From Asterias rubens (taxonomy: Eukaryota): a DNA stretch of 64,000 nt. This document shows positions 12,568 through 33,812 of the stretch, in pieces. Under the pieces are notes generated by a model, which did no database searches, had not been told where the DNA came from, and was given only the letters and a program-made list of their open reading frames with translations. Where the stretch lies: assembly GCF_902459465.1 (NCBI RefSeq), contig NC_047081.1, positions 868,001-932,000 of the forward strand. The letters are read 5' to 3'. How positions within the stretch are numbered: the stretch's first letter is position 1; each line of letters opens with the position of its first letter. A program made the translations under genes and the position numbers.

Positions 12568-15026
12568 ATGGGCTTCAAGTTTGAACCCTAAAATTAAGTC
12601 TCTGATCACAGTCTAGCCCCCAGACAGGGGTGGGTGAACGACCAGGTATTTGGTGGACATGACCATCAGTCACAGTCCATTAAAGCTTTGACCTGTTTCC
12701 CGTCTAGGAAGAAGTTCCTTTTTTATTCCCCCCTGAGGTATTTAAAAGGGTGTGCCAGAAAGTTTGACAATCAGAGTGGTCTAATTTTCTGAGTTGACCT
12801 GGGGGCAAATTTTACCAAGAGACAATCTTAGGAACATGAAGATGTCGGACCATTACCATAAGATGTCCGACCATTTCCCTACTCTAAAACCTGAAATTTT
12901 AGCAAGGTAACCTGTTCTTGCTAAGCAACATTTTTCTGTGCTAAGCAAATTTACTGCTAGAAAGCTCATTGTCGGAACATAGGAGTGTCATCATCAGAAC
13001 ATAAGGATGTCGGAATATGGGTATATCCTTGATTACCATACGATATCACCTGAAACTTTGGCTGGTAACCTTGCTAAGCAACATTTGTCTTTGCTAAGCA
13101 AATCCAGTGCTAGGCGAACCAATCAGGCCATGATCTAGTTTGTGATATATCCATGTTTGAAGGAGAAATATTTTAGCGTAGGGGTCTGATGTAATGTCAG
13201 TGGACACGTTTCCTAGGACATGGTTGTCAACATCGATCAAAGTGTGTCAGGCATAGCGAGAATTAGTAGCAATGTGGTTTGGGTTTCAGAATCATACTGC
13301 TATGTTGTCATTGCCCTTGTGTTTATCTTGTCAAGTGAGGCCACTACAGTATCAAACCGCAAACTGTGGGGGAGTTGAGAAGTTTAGTCATCGGTTAAAG
13401 CTTGGTTTCCTGCAAAATATTGGGAAAGATTTTCAGAAAGAAAAACAAAAAAGCCGTCTTAGGAAGTATATTACTGTAGTTGAGGAAAGGAATAGTGTGA
13501 TTTAATTTTTGGAAACAGACTTTTCCTGCTAATAGTGGTACAGGGTGTGATGTTGTCAACAAGGTGTCAAGCAGAAAGTTGTGCTAAGTTAGTTGTGCTT
13601 AGCAGTTTTGTTCACCCAGTGAGAATACTGGCTTTGACAGTTACCAAAAATCTACCCTGCCTTTAAAATTCAAACACAACCCGAGGTATGTTTATAAAAC
13701 GCATCACCCTGAACAAGCAACTCAAAAGTGGCCAGGGGGCCGGACAGACGTTGAAACGTTAATTGACCGTTGGGTATTAGCATGATGTCACCCTTCCTGT
13801 TCACGCGGTGACGACACCCAATCCGCAACCACACAGTGACAGAACATAGACACTTTTGTAGTCACCCTTCCAACAAGTCTGCAGGGCAAAATTTCAGAAA
13901 GCTGATAACAAATATCTGTGCTGAGCTAGAATTTAGTGGCGGGTACCAGTTGCAGAAATATAAATTTTATGGGGTTTTAGCTGGTTAAAACCTGTTTCTG
14001 CTAAGCAAAATATTTATGTGCTTAGCAAGTTATCATGCTTACAGGCTTTATGAAATAACCAGGGGGGAGTAGCACCACCCCCATGCACAATTGGGGGGTT
14101 CAATAAACTCCTTTGCCCCCACTTGCCCACCCCCACTGCAAATTAAAAAGTCCAAAAGATAATAATACATGTATACTACAACCACACTAACTTTCAATTG
14201 TTCATTATGATTTATAAGTGGGACAAAAAACAAAACTGTATTTCAAATTACTTCAATTGAAACAGAAGCTTTTCCTTACTATATGCTCAGGTGTATTCCC
14301 ATTCTCCAAAAAGTTTTAAAATGTACTGTAACAGTTTGTCCTTCAGCTTTACCACCCACCCAGTCGGAATACTTTGGTACAGTCTGCCCCTCACACCCTA
14401 CAACAACCCTCGACAGGGTAATGCATCAGTCCATCTTGCCAATGTGCCATCTTGTTTTTATGTGGGGGAAGATTCAAAACACCATGTGCTTTTATTTTGT
14501 GCTGCAATTTCTGAAGTTCAGTGAAGGTTTTTTGGAGTCTGGATGAAGAATTCTTGAAGCAAGTAAGTTGTAGGTAACAAAGGACACATTTTTAAAAAGA
14601 AGTTCTTGGTGTTGGAGTAAGAGAAGTTTTGGTTTCTTAAAGTTGTGGTTTTCAATTTCACCAACTTGTGTTTACCTCCATGGTTTCAGCATTAACTTTT
14701 GACTGTGTACTGTAAAAATGCATTTACCAAAATGCAGGCTGGCATAGTTTGCCAATCATTAAAATTACAGTAGAGGATATTGAATGGACAGACAGTAGGG
14801 TGTTAATTTAATTAAATGTAGGCTAATTCTTGGTCCAGGAGTGTGAACAATAAAGGAAACATTTCTGTGTCCTGCCACCACTATTTTATCTTTTTTATTT
14901 TCTCAAATGAGATATTCTTTCTGGTAAAAATGGATGAAAAGTGGTGGCTAGATGCAGAAATATTTCCATTATAAGTTGCACTGATGCAACTAGATGTGGT
15001 ACTGCAGCAGGGCTACAATTTTCACT

Positions 15027-15179
15027 GGACCGCAAGGACCCCAAGGATCGCAAGGACCCCAAGGATCGCAAGGACCCCAAGGATCGCAAGGACCCCAAGG
15101 ATCACAAGGACCCCAAGGATCGCAAGGACCCCAAGGATCGCAAGGACCCCAAGGATCGCAAGGACCCCAAGGATCGCAG
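15027..15179. repeat. 18-bp minisatellite (GGACCCCAAGGATCGCAA)x8 reading as (GPQGSQ)n
   Basis: Eight units with a single variant base; open in several frames. Confidence 0.95.
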
Positions 15180-15562
15180 GACCAAGCCCAGTAGTTTTAC
15201 TAGTGCCAGGCCTGCATGTAACTCATAATTGGCTATTCACTCTAATAAATGCACATGGTTTTTATCATTCCAACATTACCGGCTAATGCCTAGAGACAAT
15301 GTGCAAAGTCATGCAATGAATGTTGTTCCCCCCCCCCTCCCCCCCTAGGGTTGCAGCTGTGTATGTTAGCATCTTCATCTGACGTTACCTTTACAGCATC
15401 ATGAAACCTGTCATGTGCAGACACAGTCAGTTGGGAAGGTGTTCAACTTTGACCACCTTTAATAACGGGTGAGTAATACTGTGATCTGTCATTAGAGGCT
15501 AGGGTTTCAGCCGTTTTTGTTTTGTCCCCTGTCTACCCAACAATGTTTATGAAGAAGGGAAA

Positions 15563-15693
15563 GGATAACTTTCCGTATGGCGCCACCACTTTTTCACTCA
15601 TTTTTACAAAAAGGGATATATCAATCATGTAATAAGTTCCTATATTATTTTATACCAAATGAAAAAGTGGTGGCGCCATACGGAAACTTTTCC
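15563..15693. mobile_element. MITE with about 30-bp TIRs (TTTCCGTATGGCGCCACCACTTTTTCA)
   Basis: Both TIRs present around a spacer of about 65 bp; a left half of the same family occurs at 63003-63082. Confidence 0.88.
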
Positions 15694-16040
15694 AAGGGAA
15701 AATAAGGAACCAGACTAATTGTTTTCCTTCCAGCCTTTGTTTGATTACAAGTACTTTGATTTTAAGGGGGAACACGTTTAAGCCAGAATTTAGCAAATTT
15801 GCTGGAAATTTAAAAACTGGGTGTCCAAATTGGTCACTTACAATACATTATGTAAATGGGATAAAACACGGTTTCCAAATTTTACATATGGGTCCAAAAG
15901 ACACCCAGACACCCCTATGATAACACTATGCAAAGACATTTGATGTGTCCTGTAGGTTGGTGCTCACAAACCACTCACTCCGTGCATTAACGTCAATTGT
16001 ATGAAGTCTGGATATTTGGGATAAAATTAAATCTTTGGCG

Positions 16041-16160
16041 ACACTGGGTGGCAGCAGACTTAACAGCCACAGATCAATGTTCTTAGAAACATTACATGCT
16101 CAGAATTATGAAAAAAAACAAAGTGAACTACTACTCAGTCTGTCTGCTGCCACCTAGTGT
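16041..16160. mobile_element. Small MITE
   Basis: TIR ACACTGGGTGGCAGCAGAC / GTCTGCTGCCACCTAGTGT. Confidence 0.8.
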
Positions 16161-19100
16161 TATGAAAGCGTCATTTTGTGATGATGAGGGTTGAAATGGT
16201 TGTTGAAACCCTCAACCCAACCTCAAAAACCACCATAAGTCCACAAATTTATTTCTATTTCTAGCCCTTCATGTCGAAGTAAATCCGGCTGACTAGGGGG
16301 ACGCTATACTCAATAGGCGAGTAGTGCAACCACAAACCAACGATGCAATGTCCCCGAAATAGAACCCTGCTGTAATGGTCACAAAATAGCAACAAACGTA
16401 CCCACAACTGGTATGTGGTTAAGGCTCGATATCCACCGCAGTAAATGAGGTCCAGGTACCGCTGCGGAAGGAGAGAGATGCGTAATGTTGGCTCCCTCTC
16501 AAGTCGATTGAAGTACGGGCTGTCACGAGTAGCGCGAGGGGACTATTTCTTGGCAAATGGTGATCGTTTCTTCAGATTTGAATGCTGGGCCTCATTTGTG
16601 TTTTGATGACTTGCAATGACTTGGTCCTTTTTAGAAAATCCACAGGGATTTTTGCACTTGAGCGCAAGATGTTTCAATCTCAATTTGTCAGTTTTAAACG
16701 CATTCTGAAACAAAACAAATCATGAAGTGCCGTACAAACAACCTGCTTATTTTGATAGTTGCTATTGAAATAATAAGCCTGATATGAGGACACACTAAAT
16801 CTCAGACAAATTGTAAATATTTTTTAGCCATTTTTGTTTTGTAAATCGCGAGTTTTATTTTAATAACGTCCGGTACAATGACTTGCTTTGCCACAAGTTA
16901 CCGTTTAAATTTGAATTTGAGTAATAGACCACAAGGGAAACTGACTGGGTATCCGGAGGTCGTTGGTTTACATCCCACTTTAGTCGATTGTTACAAATTA
17001 AACCACACATCAACAACAACACTTGTTCATTTTTCACTGTTGACAGTAGAGATTTTAATTCACAACCTACTTATGTTTCGGTCGTTGCTTCAAATGCCTG
17101 GCCGATACCTTCACAAAAAGTACAATAGCAGTGCAACCACGGAAAAAGCTTCAGACTGAAATTACGAACATTTCTCTGCGTTTTTTTACGGTTAAACACG
17201 ACCACAAGAATGTGGTCACAAGAGTTATACTTCCATAGTACTTTTTATAAAGGATTTTTTTAATATTCAACCAGGTTCTTACACATTAAGTCCAGTCCTA
17301 CACATAAAATGTCTTGGTTTTTTTATATCCAACAGAGACAAGTACTGTATTACATACATACAACACTTCTGGTAACAGCTATATTTTTTTGTAATATTTT
17401 TTTTTAAAGATAGCCTGGTAAGATCCACTTTCTTCAAAACAGGTACATCAATTGGTCCACGCTATATAGCCTGGGAATCTGGTACTGTTTTCATATTTCA
17501 AGTTCTGCGCATCTGATCACCAGGTAGTATTGAACTAGCCTGGGTTCGTCATTGTGACAATAACTAAATTGTGCAAAGTGGATCTGACCAGGCTACAGGC
17601 TAACAATGTGCGAAGCACAGCATCGGCCATTTTTTCTATCAGCTGTTTTTTTTTTACCACATAGACACACTATAGGTCCACTCAGCACAGGGTTGACTAT
17701 GAGCTAAATTATGTACAATTTACACAAGAGAAAAAATAATAACAATCGCTCCTCAATATGCAACAGTTCAGCCAAGTGTAGGCGGAGGAAAAAAAGTAAA
17801 CTTTTTAAGTGTAGATACCTTGTTGCTTCTTTTTTGAAAGAGATAGCAATGAGAAGTGTAGTTTTGCAGGAGGTTTGCAATTTGATGACGAAAAAAAAAG
17901 GAAGTTCAGATAAGTGCAGGAACAAAAAACCTTCACTTGCAGTAACAGATTATCTCTTATTTTGATGCTCTTCAATTTCTGAACATCACAAAATCTCCCC
18001 TCTATTAGACATAGGAGAATAAACCACAACTATTTCTCCATAAAATAGGCCAAATTAACCTTTACACCGTAGCTTTCAGGCATTGTGAAAATCACGATTA
18101 AATACATGTACATTAACTTCTAAATACAAAACCCCAAAAATATATAATAAACAAAAAAAAACTCAGCCAAATGATTATTAAGCTGTTATTTCATAACACT
18201 ATGTGACAATATACAATCATTTGTTTCTGGAAACAATAATTCACAATAATATTAAAAAGGTAGGAACTTTTATGTGCATCCATTCTTGGTTTTGGTTGTC
18301 ACGTTCTGATTTTCGATCCATATCAAATTGATTGATAATATCAGAAAATGATCCGTTAAGTAAGTTATGGTTTCCCCCTCTTTCAAAGTTACCAGCTAAA
18401 CTTTTGTTGGTAACCTGTTTCTGTCCCAAAACTAGAATAACCCAATTTGAAATTTTACTCTATGATTTACAGGAAGATTTGTTTGCATAACGCCAACCCA
18501 CAGTCCACATCATAATTTATAGGAAAAACAGCAAAAAAAATCTAAAAACCACTGATTTCAAGAAAACTTTTACTTACGCTTTGTTCAGAAAACAAGGTTA
18601 AAGAAAGTAAGCTGGCTTCTTTGCCTACCTCATTCACACACTACAGCTATTTCCACTGGGGCCCCCAAAAAACGTTCGGCAGAGAATACTGCTTAGCAAA
18701 AAATGAGTATGATACCCCTCACAAGCAATGTGTATTGCATTATATTCACTGGTAACCCATTTCTGCTTAGCAGACTTGTTTCTTGTTTATGCCAAGTAAT
18801 TTTTGTGTTACTGCTATAAAGCTGTATCATGAATTGCTTAGCATTTTTGTCTTTTGTCGTCTAATCGGGGCAGGAGTGATAAGCGATTAAAAGGCCGGTG
18901 TAGTCCCTCTCGAAATCAAATAAACCGTTTTAAGTGGAAGACGATACGTAATGAATATAAAACAAGAACAGTAATCGTGATGTGTTGATCACGATACATC
19001 ACGATTCTATTGATCAGTCGATCATCTACACTTCATTGAACATGATCTACAAAATCAAATAAATAAATTTTACAACAAGAAAAAACCCCAGCCTACAACA

Positions 19101-22100
19101 TGTACATACCATATAAGGCAACGAGATAATAAATATTGCTACATCAATTTGATTATTAAGATCCCATGTGAGGGTGGTCATGTGACAATCACATGACTTT
19201 TTGAAATTAGAGCCTTATCTCATCAATGTTAAGTGTAGTTTGACCTTTGACCCAAAATGTGGTATGAATTACTTCAACAAAAACTGGCAAAATGCATGCA
19301 AGATCTAATAACTTGGTGCATGCAACAAGATTTTAGAGCTCGTTATTTATGCAGCTAGTCCTAGAGGTCAAAGGTTAGGAGTGGGTGCAATCAAACTGTT
19401 TAGGTACATGATGACCCTTGTAACAGGAAATAAGTATCTCAAGTGAAATTCAAAGTGTCAATTATTTTGTGATTCTAAGTAAAGCTAACTTCCAAGTGAG
19501 TGAGTTAGACTAAGCTTTAACATCATGTGTCTTTTTAGTTGAACAAATGATTTTATATCTAGCAAAGTTAGGTCTCACAAAATCTATGAACATTCTTTAA
19601 TATTAGGCCAATTTTCTCACAAGGTATTTAATGAAATATTTCCTGAAAACCAGATAATCAAAACGTTTATAAATCCTTTTTTTTTCCAATGACTGTGCAA
19701 TTGTTTCCACTAGTAACTGAAACTGTCTGGAGACTTAAATCATGGCTGACGTAGTGCAACGACTGTCGTGCGGTGCGCAAAATTATCTGCAGAATGTTGC
19801 TTTTGATGACCTTTAATACTAATGACTTAAATATCATTAGAATGCAATGTTGATTAACATTAAAAAATTAATATCTCAATCACCCAAGCCTATTGGGTTA
19901 TGTTTAATGCGCTAAAAGTAAATCTTTACTCCATCGTTTCCCAAATACACACACATAATTTGATAAATATTGACAATTTATAATCAAAATGTATCAAATA
20001 ATTATTAAATAACTGATAAATGGCTACAAAATTAAACCCCCAAAACTCGTTCTTAACTTCACTCTCTCGTTACATTAATTAATAATGATTTATAAAAAGA
20101 AAAATTCACATCTATTTAAGTTTCAAGACAATAACTTTTACAAAGTTTTCTCATCTTCAGAATATTTTCTGTATATAACTTTTTTTTTTGCAAAGGACTA
20201 AAATATCCAACCAATTATAATTAGCCTAATATTTTAGAGTTGTTTGACAAATGCTGGCCTTTGCGATAACACTAAATACCCCTTGTTGGTCACACTCTGA
20301 CAGGAAGGGACATCCTTTGGTTGTGACCCCAAAAAAACATTTAGTGTAATTTTTATCCGAAAGCTTACTTGTTAAAAAGACTGTAATGGTAGTAAGCATT
20401 CTGCAAAATTATTTTGTCTAAAGTCTGCCCATCGATTAGAAGAAAAAAGTTTGTTGAAAAAAAGTTTGTCAAATGGCGACTTGTGCAAATTCATATTGCC
20501 GCAGTGTCGATTTGTGAAGGCTGCCGAAATTGGGTCAAAAGTCAACAAAGTTTGCCATGTCTTGGCATTTGGTAATGATGATATGGAAATGAAAGGTCTC
20601 TGAAGTAGAAAACTTTGAAAGCCACCAATTGAAATAAATGTCAGTAGTGTGTCAAGAATTTCTTGTTGAACATTAAAAATGTTTTGAGTCCCTGAAATGA
20701 AACAATTAGCTTGAAAACAGCCTTTTCTTAATTGTTGTAGTTGGTATATTTTACTCAAAAGTGTTTTTAGCGACTACAAATACTATGATTTGAAACTTTC
20801 TTAGCGAACTTAAATCCAAGCACTTTCATCTACTGCGAGGGAACAAGGACTCTGTATTTTTCGAAAACCTACACATAGGTCCGCCAACTAGCAGACGAAA
20901 AAATGTATTTACTCACACAATTTTGTTTATTTTTTGCTAATTGCAGATTCCTCACAACCTGCCAGAAATACTGATATTAAATAGCATTACAATCATGGAG
21001 ATTAATATATATATATCTATAAAAACAACATAAAGCCACTTAAAATTGTGCCAATTACATTACATGTACTGTACAAGTGTACGTGGATTTTGTTGGGCTT
21101 TTTTTTTATAACTGGGTATATTTGGGCACACGAGGGCAGTATTTCCATACCCTGAACAGTCACAGTCACATTAAAAGTGGGTCACATTATTTCACTTCGA
21201 AGCCGACAAACAATTCCACAATTCAACTTTTGATTTTCCTTTTTCTAGTGGCCCTCCAATGCTGCTGGACATTTTATACAGATAGAGGGCGCTATTTCCT
21301 TTTTGCTGGAATTCCAGATTTGGATGTGACAAACATTACAGCTAGTCAATAACCATTCGGCGGCCATCTTGAATGTTCACATACATGTCTATGAAACCTG
21401 AAGTGAGGCTCTTGTCCACTCACTAAACTGGTACCTGTTGGCTGGTTACCATTGATCACTTTCTTGTCTAATGAGAGGTCTAAGAGAATGTTTTAACCGC
21501 TAGGGATTGATTTTGCCCCTTTTTCAAAAAAGTTTCTCAATCAAAGAACAATCCCTGTAGGGCACAGAGCCAAATTTGTTTAACCCCACCAACATAATGT
21601 TCTGTCCCTTTCATATCAACTCTTTCTTTTATTTCAGAGTAAAAATACTCATGCAAAAGCATAACACTTTCAAGTATTTTTTTGTCTTTTCTACTCTAAT
21701 ACCATAATTACCAAGAACACTCTTCTTCTTTTCTGGAAAAATTTAAAGCGAGATCCATAAAGTTGCAAAAGACCTCCAGGAACATAGACTTGTACCAGTC
21801 TGTCAAGTGTTTCATGAACTCAAAGACCATCAAAGCACATTAATGGTTTATCTTTACACGTCACACAATATGCCACTCACTTGAACTAAAATGCCAGCAT
21901 GGAAGTTGGTGTTCGACATCGTATTCCCAACTCAAAAAAAATCTAACCCAAATAACTGCATCACATACAATTTTACTTCAACCGTCTTTCACAAAGAGTC
22001 CTTCCATTTTCACATCGAATTTGATACTAATGAGCACCATCCATTCAAAGGTCAATATTTAAATTAGCAGGTCATTATGCAAATGACCTCTTGATGTCAG

Positions 22101-22194
22101 TGACGTTCTGTGGAATAACCATGTCCTTTACTTGTGTTTTTGTGTTTCTTTCGTTCACTACGAGGATGTTAGGAGAGATGGCATGCATAAGTGG

Positions 22195-28714
<6,520 letters not shown>

Positions 28715-29624
28715 CTAAACGGGGGAGAAAATAACGATTATATAATAGATAATATGTGACGCAACCCAGCTAAAAGAGTCAATTGTCCAAAATATCAGTA
28801 TGAAGAAACAAGCGAAAACAGGCCAACAGGGGTGAAATTTCCACAATGTTGTTTTCCCGTCAATATTTTAAATGGCAAACCAAATAGTTATTTTATATGT
28901 GCAACTTCCTTACTGATAATAACTTCCCAATGATGTAAAATGTAGTGACCTAAGCAAAAATTGAGTGGGACACAGCATCAAAACTTAATGTAATTCTGCC
29001 GAGAAGCCCGTTTCTGCAATATTTTTTTGTTGAGTCGCCATACACACAAGGCCTGAAGGCCACTTCACAAGGTGTGGGCTGCAATATTTGTTTCTAGAGG
29101 CTTACAGGCTTCATGAAATTATAACTGAGTCTGTTAGGCTTATTTTTATCATAAGACTTACAAATTGCCTGTCGTTCATGCTACAGACGAGAACGTCTGA
29201 CTAGATGATCTGTTGTTATGGTAACAGATAACTGTAAACAATCTTGGACAGATCCTGCACACGAATGAGAAACAAGAAAACAACGAAACAACGATAAAAT
29301 GTTTGGTCAAAGACAACAACATCATTTAGTTTGTGACACCAGCATGACTGTTCTACGATATAAAATATTAAATTACATGTAGTAGTCATCTATATTTTTA
29401 GTCAGCTATATTTTTGTAATGCCTGATGATGTTTTGAGGCAATTACAAAGCAAAATTAACAAATTCCTAAATATAAAAAACCTTTCAGGAAGAGCTCTGG
29501 TACATGTACAAGGTCCCACTTTTTGTGTAAGTTTATCTTTTGTACAGTACATTACTTGTGAAGCTTTCCAATGGGAGTGCCCTTAGCAAAATAACAACGG
29601 CCTTTCTCCTCTTAGAGTCCAGAA

Positions 29625-29750
29625 TCCTCCTGAAGATGATCAAAGCATACTGATTGAAACATTGAGTCGTCAACCACCGGTTCTTTTCAGAACCACCACT
29701 ACTCAAAAGAGATTCACACAAAACCTCACCTTATTAAACTGCCACCATGC
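29625..29750 (+). mobile_element. Penelope-like terminal remnant with a degenerate minimal hammerhead motif
   Basis: CTC-CTGAAGA-T-GATCAAAGCATACTGATT-GAAACATT-GAG followed by the shared repeat body. Confidence 0.55.
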
Positions 29751-30744
29751 AAAGTTTCAAATCTTACTATCAAAGATGAGATTCCAAGCCTGTTCCTCCC
29801 CAAACCATGGAAATTAAAAATACAAAGTTTCTCTTACAAAAAGCCTTCTCAGGCTTGCAACTGTAAAAATGATTCAAAGTTTTGTCAACTCACATACCCT
29901 TTTCTGTAATCTCTACATTCTTTTGACGTTGTATTTAAGCAAACAACGTATTGAGAAATCACAAACTGATAGGGGAATTCCCAGACTTTTACAATACATC
30001 AATACATTGTGTACTTCAGTGGACCCACATAAAAACATGTATGTACAGCCGGCAGTGCATGGTACAGACATCAAACAGAAGACCAACAGACTGATTTCGT
30101 CCAGCAATTTATAGCTTAGCAAAACATTGAGACTGGACTTAATTGAGTTAGCAAATGAATCAATTTTTGAGGAACCAAAGTAACCAATGGAGACATTCTG
30201 TGTTGCATTTCATTTGATTTGGAATGTTTTTGATAGTACAAAAAAAGTAGGCCTATACCCAACAGTTTTCTCAAAAAAATATGAGCCTTTTTATTTTATT
30301 TATAATAAAATAATATATTGTAAGTTCATATTAAAATGTTTCTAAAAATCTACCTCAGCGCATACATAAACAGTACATGTAGGCGTACAGGTACATAAGA
30401 ATACTTCACAAAATTGTGAACACGTACAATACATGCGGTATACACTGGCTGTATATAGTTCAATGTGTAGTCCTACTGTTTGTCATTTGCATGGTTGTTT
30501 ACCACCACATCATACCACGCTGCGCCAGTTCACTGCATCACTATGTGTATGATTCAGCCATACCATTAGTCAGCGTGTGTGTGTGTGTCATCTATTCAAT
30601 ACCATGCAATTACACATCACAACAATCATCTTTCCAAAAAACAGGTAAGGCCAGGTGGGGCAGTATTTTTTTTAATATTTTTTAGTATGTCAGTGAATAT
30701 AAGATACTTCCTTTTTACTTTTTATGATGTTAAATGATGTTTTG

Positions 30745-30880
30745 AAAGGGCAAGGGCACCAAGGTATTTTCTCCAAGGGGCACCCATGAGGAAATTCTAA
30801 ATTTCTACTGGAGCATTTTAAGGGCACCAAGGCAATGAACATAAGGCATGGAGGCAATTGCCTCCGTTGCCTCCAATGAA
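30745..30880. repeat. Dispersed AAGGGCACCAAGG repeat family (also about 31690-31770 and 59750-59880)
   Basis: Shared AAGGGCAAGG...AAGGGCACCAAGG...GGCAATTGCCTCCGTTGCCTCC layout. Confidence 0.7.
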
Positions 30881-32059
30881 TATAAAGTATCGGTAAAGGA
30901 ACAAACATCAAATTGTTTTGAACTATAATTGGTTTTATAGGAAACAAACATAACTAATACCATTAAAAACACTAAAATACGGCATTTTCACCCGGATGGC
31001 CCAGTCAGTGGTAACCAATGGTCTCCCAAGGTTCCCCCAAAAAGATGGGTTTCCATCTTACATTTAAAAGAGGCAAGTTTCTATTCGCTTCCAAAGCTTA
31101 GGGCTGCCACAGACAAACAAACAAACACTGTTACTGTTTAAATATGTTCAATGTGCTTTCACTACAGAAAATTTGAATCCTCAATGCTAACTGATAGTCC
31201 ACAGCCCAGGGATATATTCCTATATGACTTCCGGTGCGGTACCTTTTATATTTGATGTTTTTTCAGAAGTTGCTCCCCCCAAGAAAGTGAAACACTAGCC
31301 TAGCCCCTGATATGGAATGAGCACTGATGGGTAACACAATACAGGTGTGTGTTTGTACAGAACAGACTTATCACTCAGTCAGCCAGTAGTAAATGTCCGC
31401 CCACGCATGTTTCCACAAACGGTCATTTAACTATTAACACTAACAGACTAGTCGAATGTCAAGTTTCTCTGGTACAGTAGTTGAATCCACCCCAATTGTC
31501 ATTGCCACTGGATTTGATTAAGGCAAGAGACTAGAAATATTTAACACAAGATGGGAACAATTAAAAATGTCATACTGTTTTGAAGACATTCTGTTCAAAG
31601 CATGTTGTCAGTTTGGGCTAGGTTTTTATCTTCTTTTCAACCTTACAAACAGCCGAGTAATAACACGGCCTTGAATTTCGTTCCTGAAGGGGCACTTCTA
31701 TATTAAGGAAAATGTACATATTCAAGCTTTTTGCAAAGGGCACCACAGCAAAGGCACAAGGCACCACGGCAATTGCTGTGGGTGTTGTGTGTTATTTCAA
31801 AGGCCTGTGTGTTTGCCCACGGGGTTACTGTAAAGAAAGTTTTGATGTCAAAGATGTCAACATATTATGAGTCACTGGTTTATTTTTACATGGTGAGTTA
31901 CCACAAACTCCACCAACTAATGGTGAATCACTAGTCAGTTTGTGTGTACTTTTGTACGTCACGGTCCCCGTGTGCAATTAATATTCAGCAATAACAGACA
32001 GCAAAATGGGACCAGACTTTTATACCCTTTGGGCCCCATTGTGGTTAATGTCATATTGG

Positions 32060-32292
32060 ATTGAAGATGGACAAACAAAGAGACCACATATTTTGTGGAA
32101 ATAAGGAAATTCATTTTAATATCAGTGGCAATTTTTGTCCATGTTTGATTGGTTTGAAAGATGTAGAGAAAAAGACAACACAGATCATTGTGGAAATAAG
32201 GAGATTTGCTAGTGCCATTTTTTCCATGTTTGATTAGCTTGAAAGATGGAGCTCTAGATAACAAGGCCACACAGAACATTGTGGAAATAAAG
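32060..32292. repeat. Degenerate tandem repeat, about 95 bp x 2.5
   Basis: TTGTGGAAATAA and CCATGTTTGATT...TTGAAAGATG recur at regular spacing. Confidence 0.7.
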
Positions 32293-33812
32293 CCAACATT
32301 TTTTGCATTTAATTTTTTTAAATTTTTTAATTGGCATTATTTCCAGGTATTTGTAACAATCCCCATTATACTCCTCATGTAAACAGGGCAGGAGATCCTG
32401 TCTGGGTCTTAATCCCTAAAATCCCTTATCTACAGATTAGCCTCTTATGTACACTGTATACAGTGGTGAGGCTTAATCTATTATGAAGCAGACAGTACAG
32501 TGTAGGACCATGGTTGGAGGGTGGTTTTGAACAAACATGAAGGAAGGAAGGGTTAAGCATTGAGATGGTTTTTCAAGCAACTACTTTAATAAATAAGAAG
32601 ATAGCATTAATTAGCTGTTGCAAATTGCTTTCAAACCAAAAGGACCACTCTAGAGGTAAAAATGTTAGTGGCCAGATGTTTCAATCCTAGCTTTAACCTG
32701 ACAACATGAAGTGACTAACATGTTTTGTTCTGATTGTTTTTACAAAACTAATTAAATTGACCCCTTCAGCACATCAGATAAAAAGCAGTTGATATTTCCA
32801 TAATAGAATTCACTGGCTTATTAAATTCTGTCACTAAGCCCCCCCCCCCCCTTTCTCGCCCGTCGTGGTCTGATCCAAGCCCAGTTGTTTCCCAACTACG
32901 GCGACCTTTTCCAAAGATGCACGAGGCAGGAAAGGAGAAGACGCTCTCGGAGTAATTTAAGAGTATACTTGCCAAACACACAGACGGTTTCCACTGCGGG
33001 CGATGAGGCTTGTTTGATTACGAGACATGAATGGTTTCATTTCTGACGGTGTTATACATCATTACATGTCATGCCCCCCCCCCCTTTACTGTCCATTCCA
33101 ACCCAGACTGTGTGTTGAGACATGCCACATTGTTGTTTGCTTGATTTCCAACTTAAAGGGGGTTGGGTGGGCGGGAGGGGGTTATTAAAAGTTAAATCAG
33201 CTCGTAGGTAAAACCAGGAAGAAATGGTTTGACAACCCTCCATGGTTCAATCATGGAAGGACTAATTAGAGCAGTTTTCCCGTCTTGTTCACCAGAGTGG
33301 GCCCCCCTGAACTGTTTGATGCAATCTCTGCGTCTAGATGTGACAGTGTTTGGTTTTTACTGTCAGCCACAGGGGTGTCTGGGTGTCGTTCAGACACCTT
33401 GTTTTTCTATTCACCGTTGGGTTGGCAAATTTAGACACCTTATTTCAAATTCTGCTTAAAAATGCTGACCCAGGTGTCGTGAATGCATCATTGAAAGGGC
33501 TAGACAGTATTGCTATGCAAAATTTGAGTAACTCTGTCTTATTCACCCTTTACTGTAGTGGGCCCCCCTGAAAGATGGCAAAATGTTCATGCAAGACGAT
33601 CCCTTACATCGTCTTATTCACCACAGTGGGCCCCTTAAAGATAGTAAAATATTTGAGTGCCTTCTTTTTCACTGTAGTGGACCCCCTGACCTGTCTAAAC
33701 ACCAATCTCTACATGTATCTTGACTTGAGAGGATTGTGTGTAATCTTAAAAGTGATCATTACATTTAATTGGTTAGTTGATTGAGACAATGTGTGGATGA
33801 TGCTTGGCTTAT

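Noticed and set aside
14941-15286. Overlapping repetitive ORFs as real genes (collagen, DRKDPK or ARTPRI proteins)
   Set aside because: An 18-bp unit without stops opens several frames automatically; no synonymous divergence or splice context. Kept only as a low-interest observation.
20372-20758. 128-aa ORF downstream of JNK
   Set aside because: AT-rich, low-information sequence in the probable 3' UTR with no recognisable motif.
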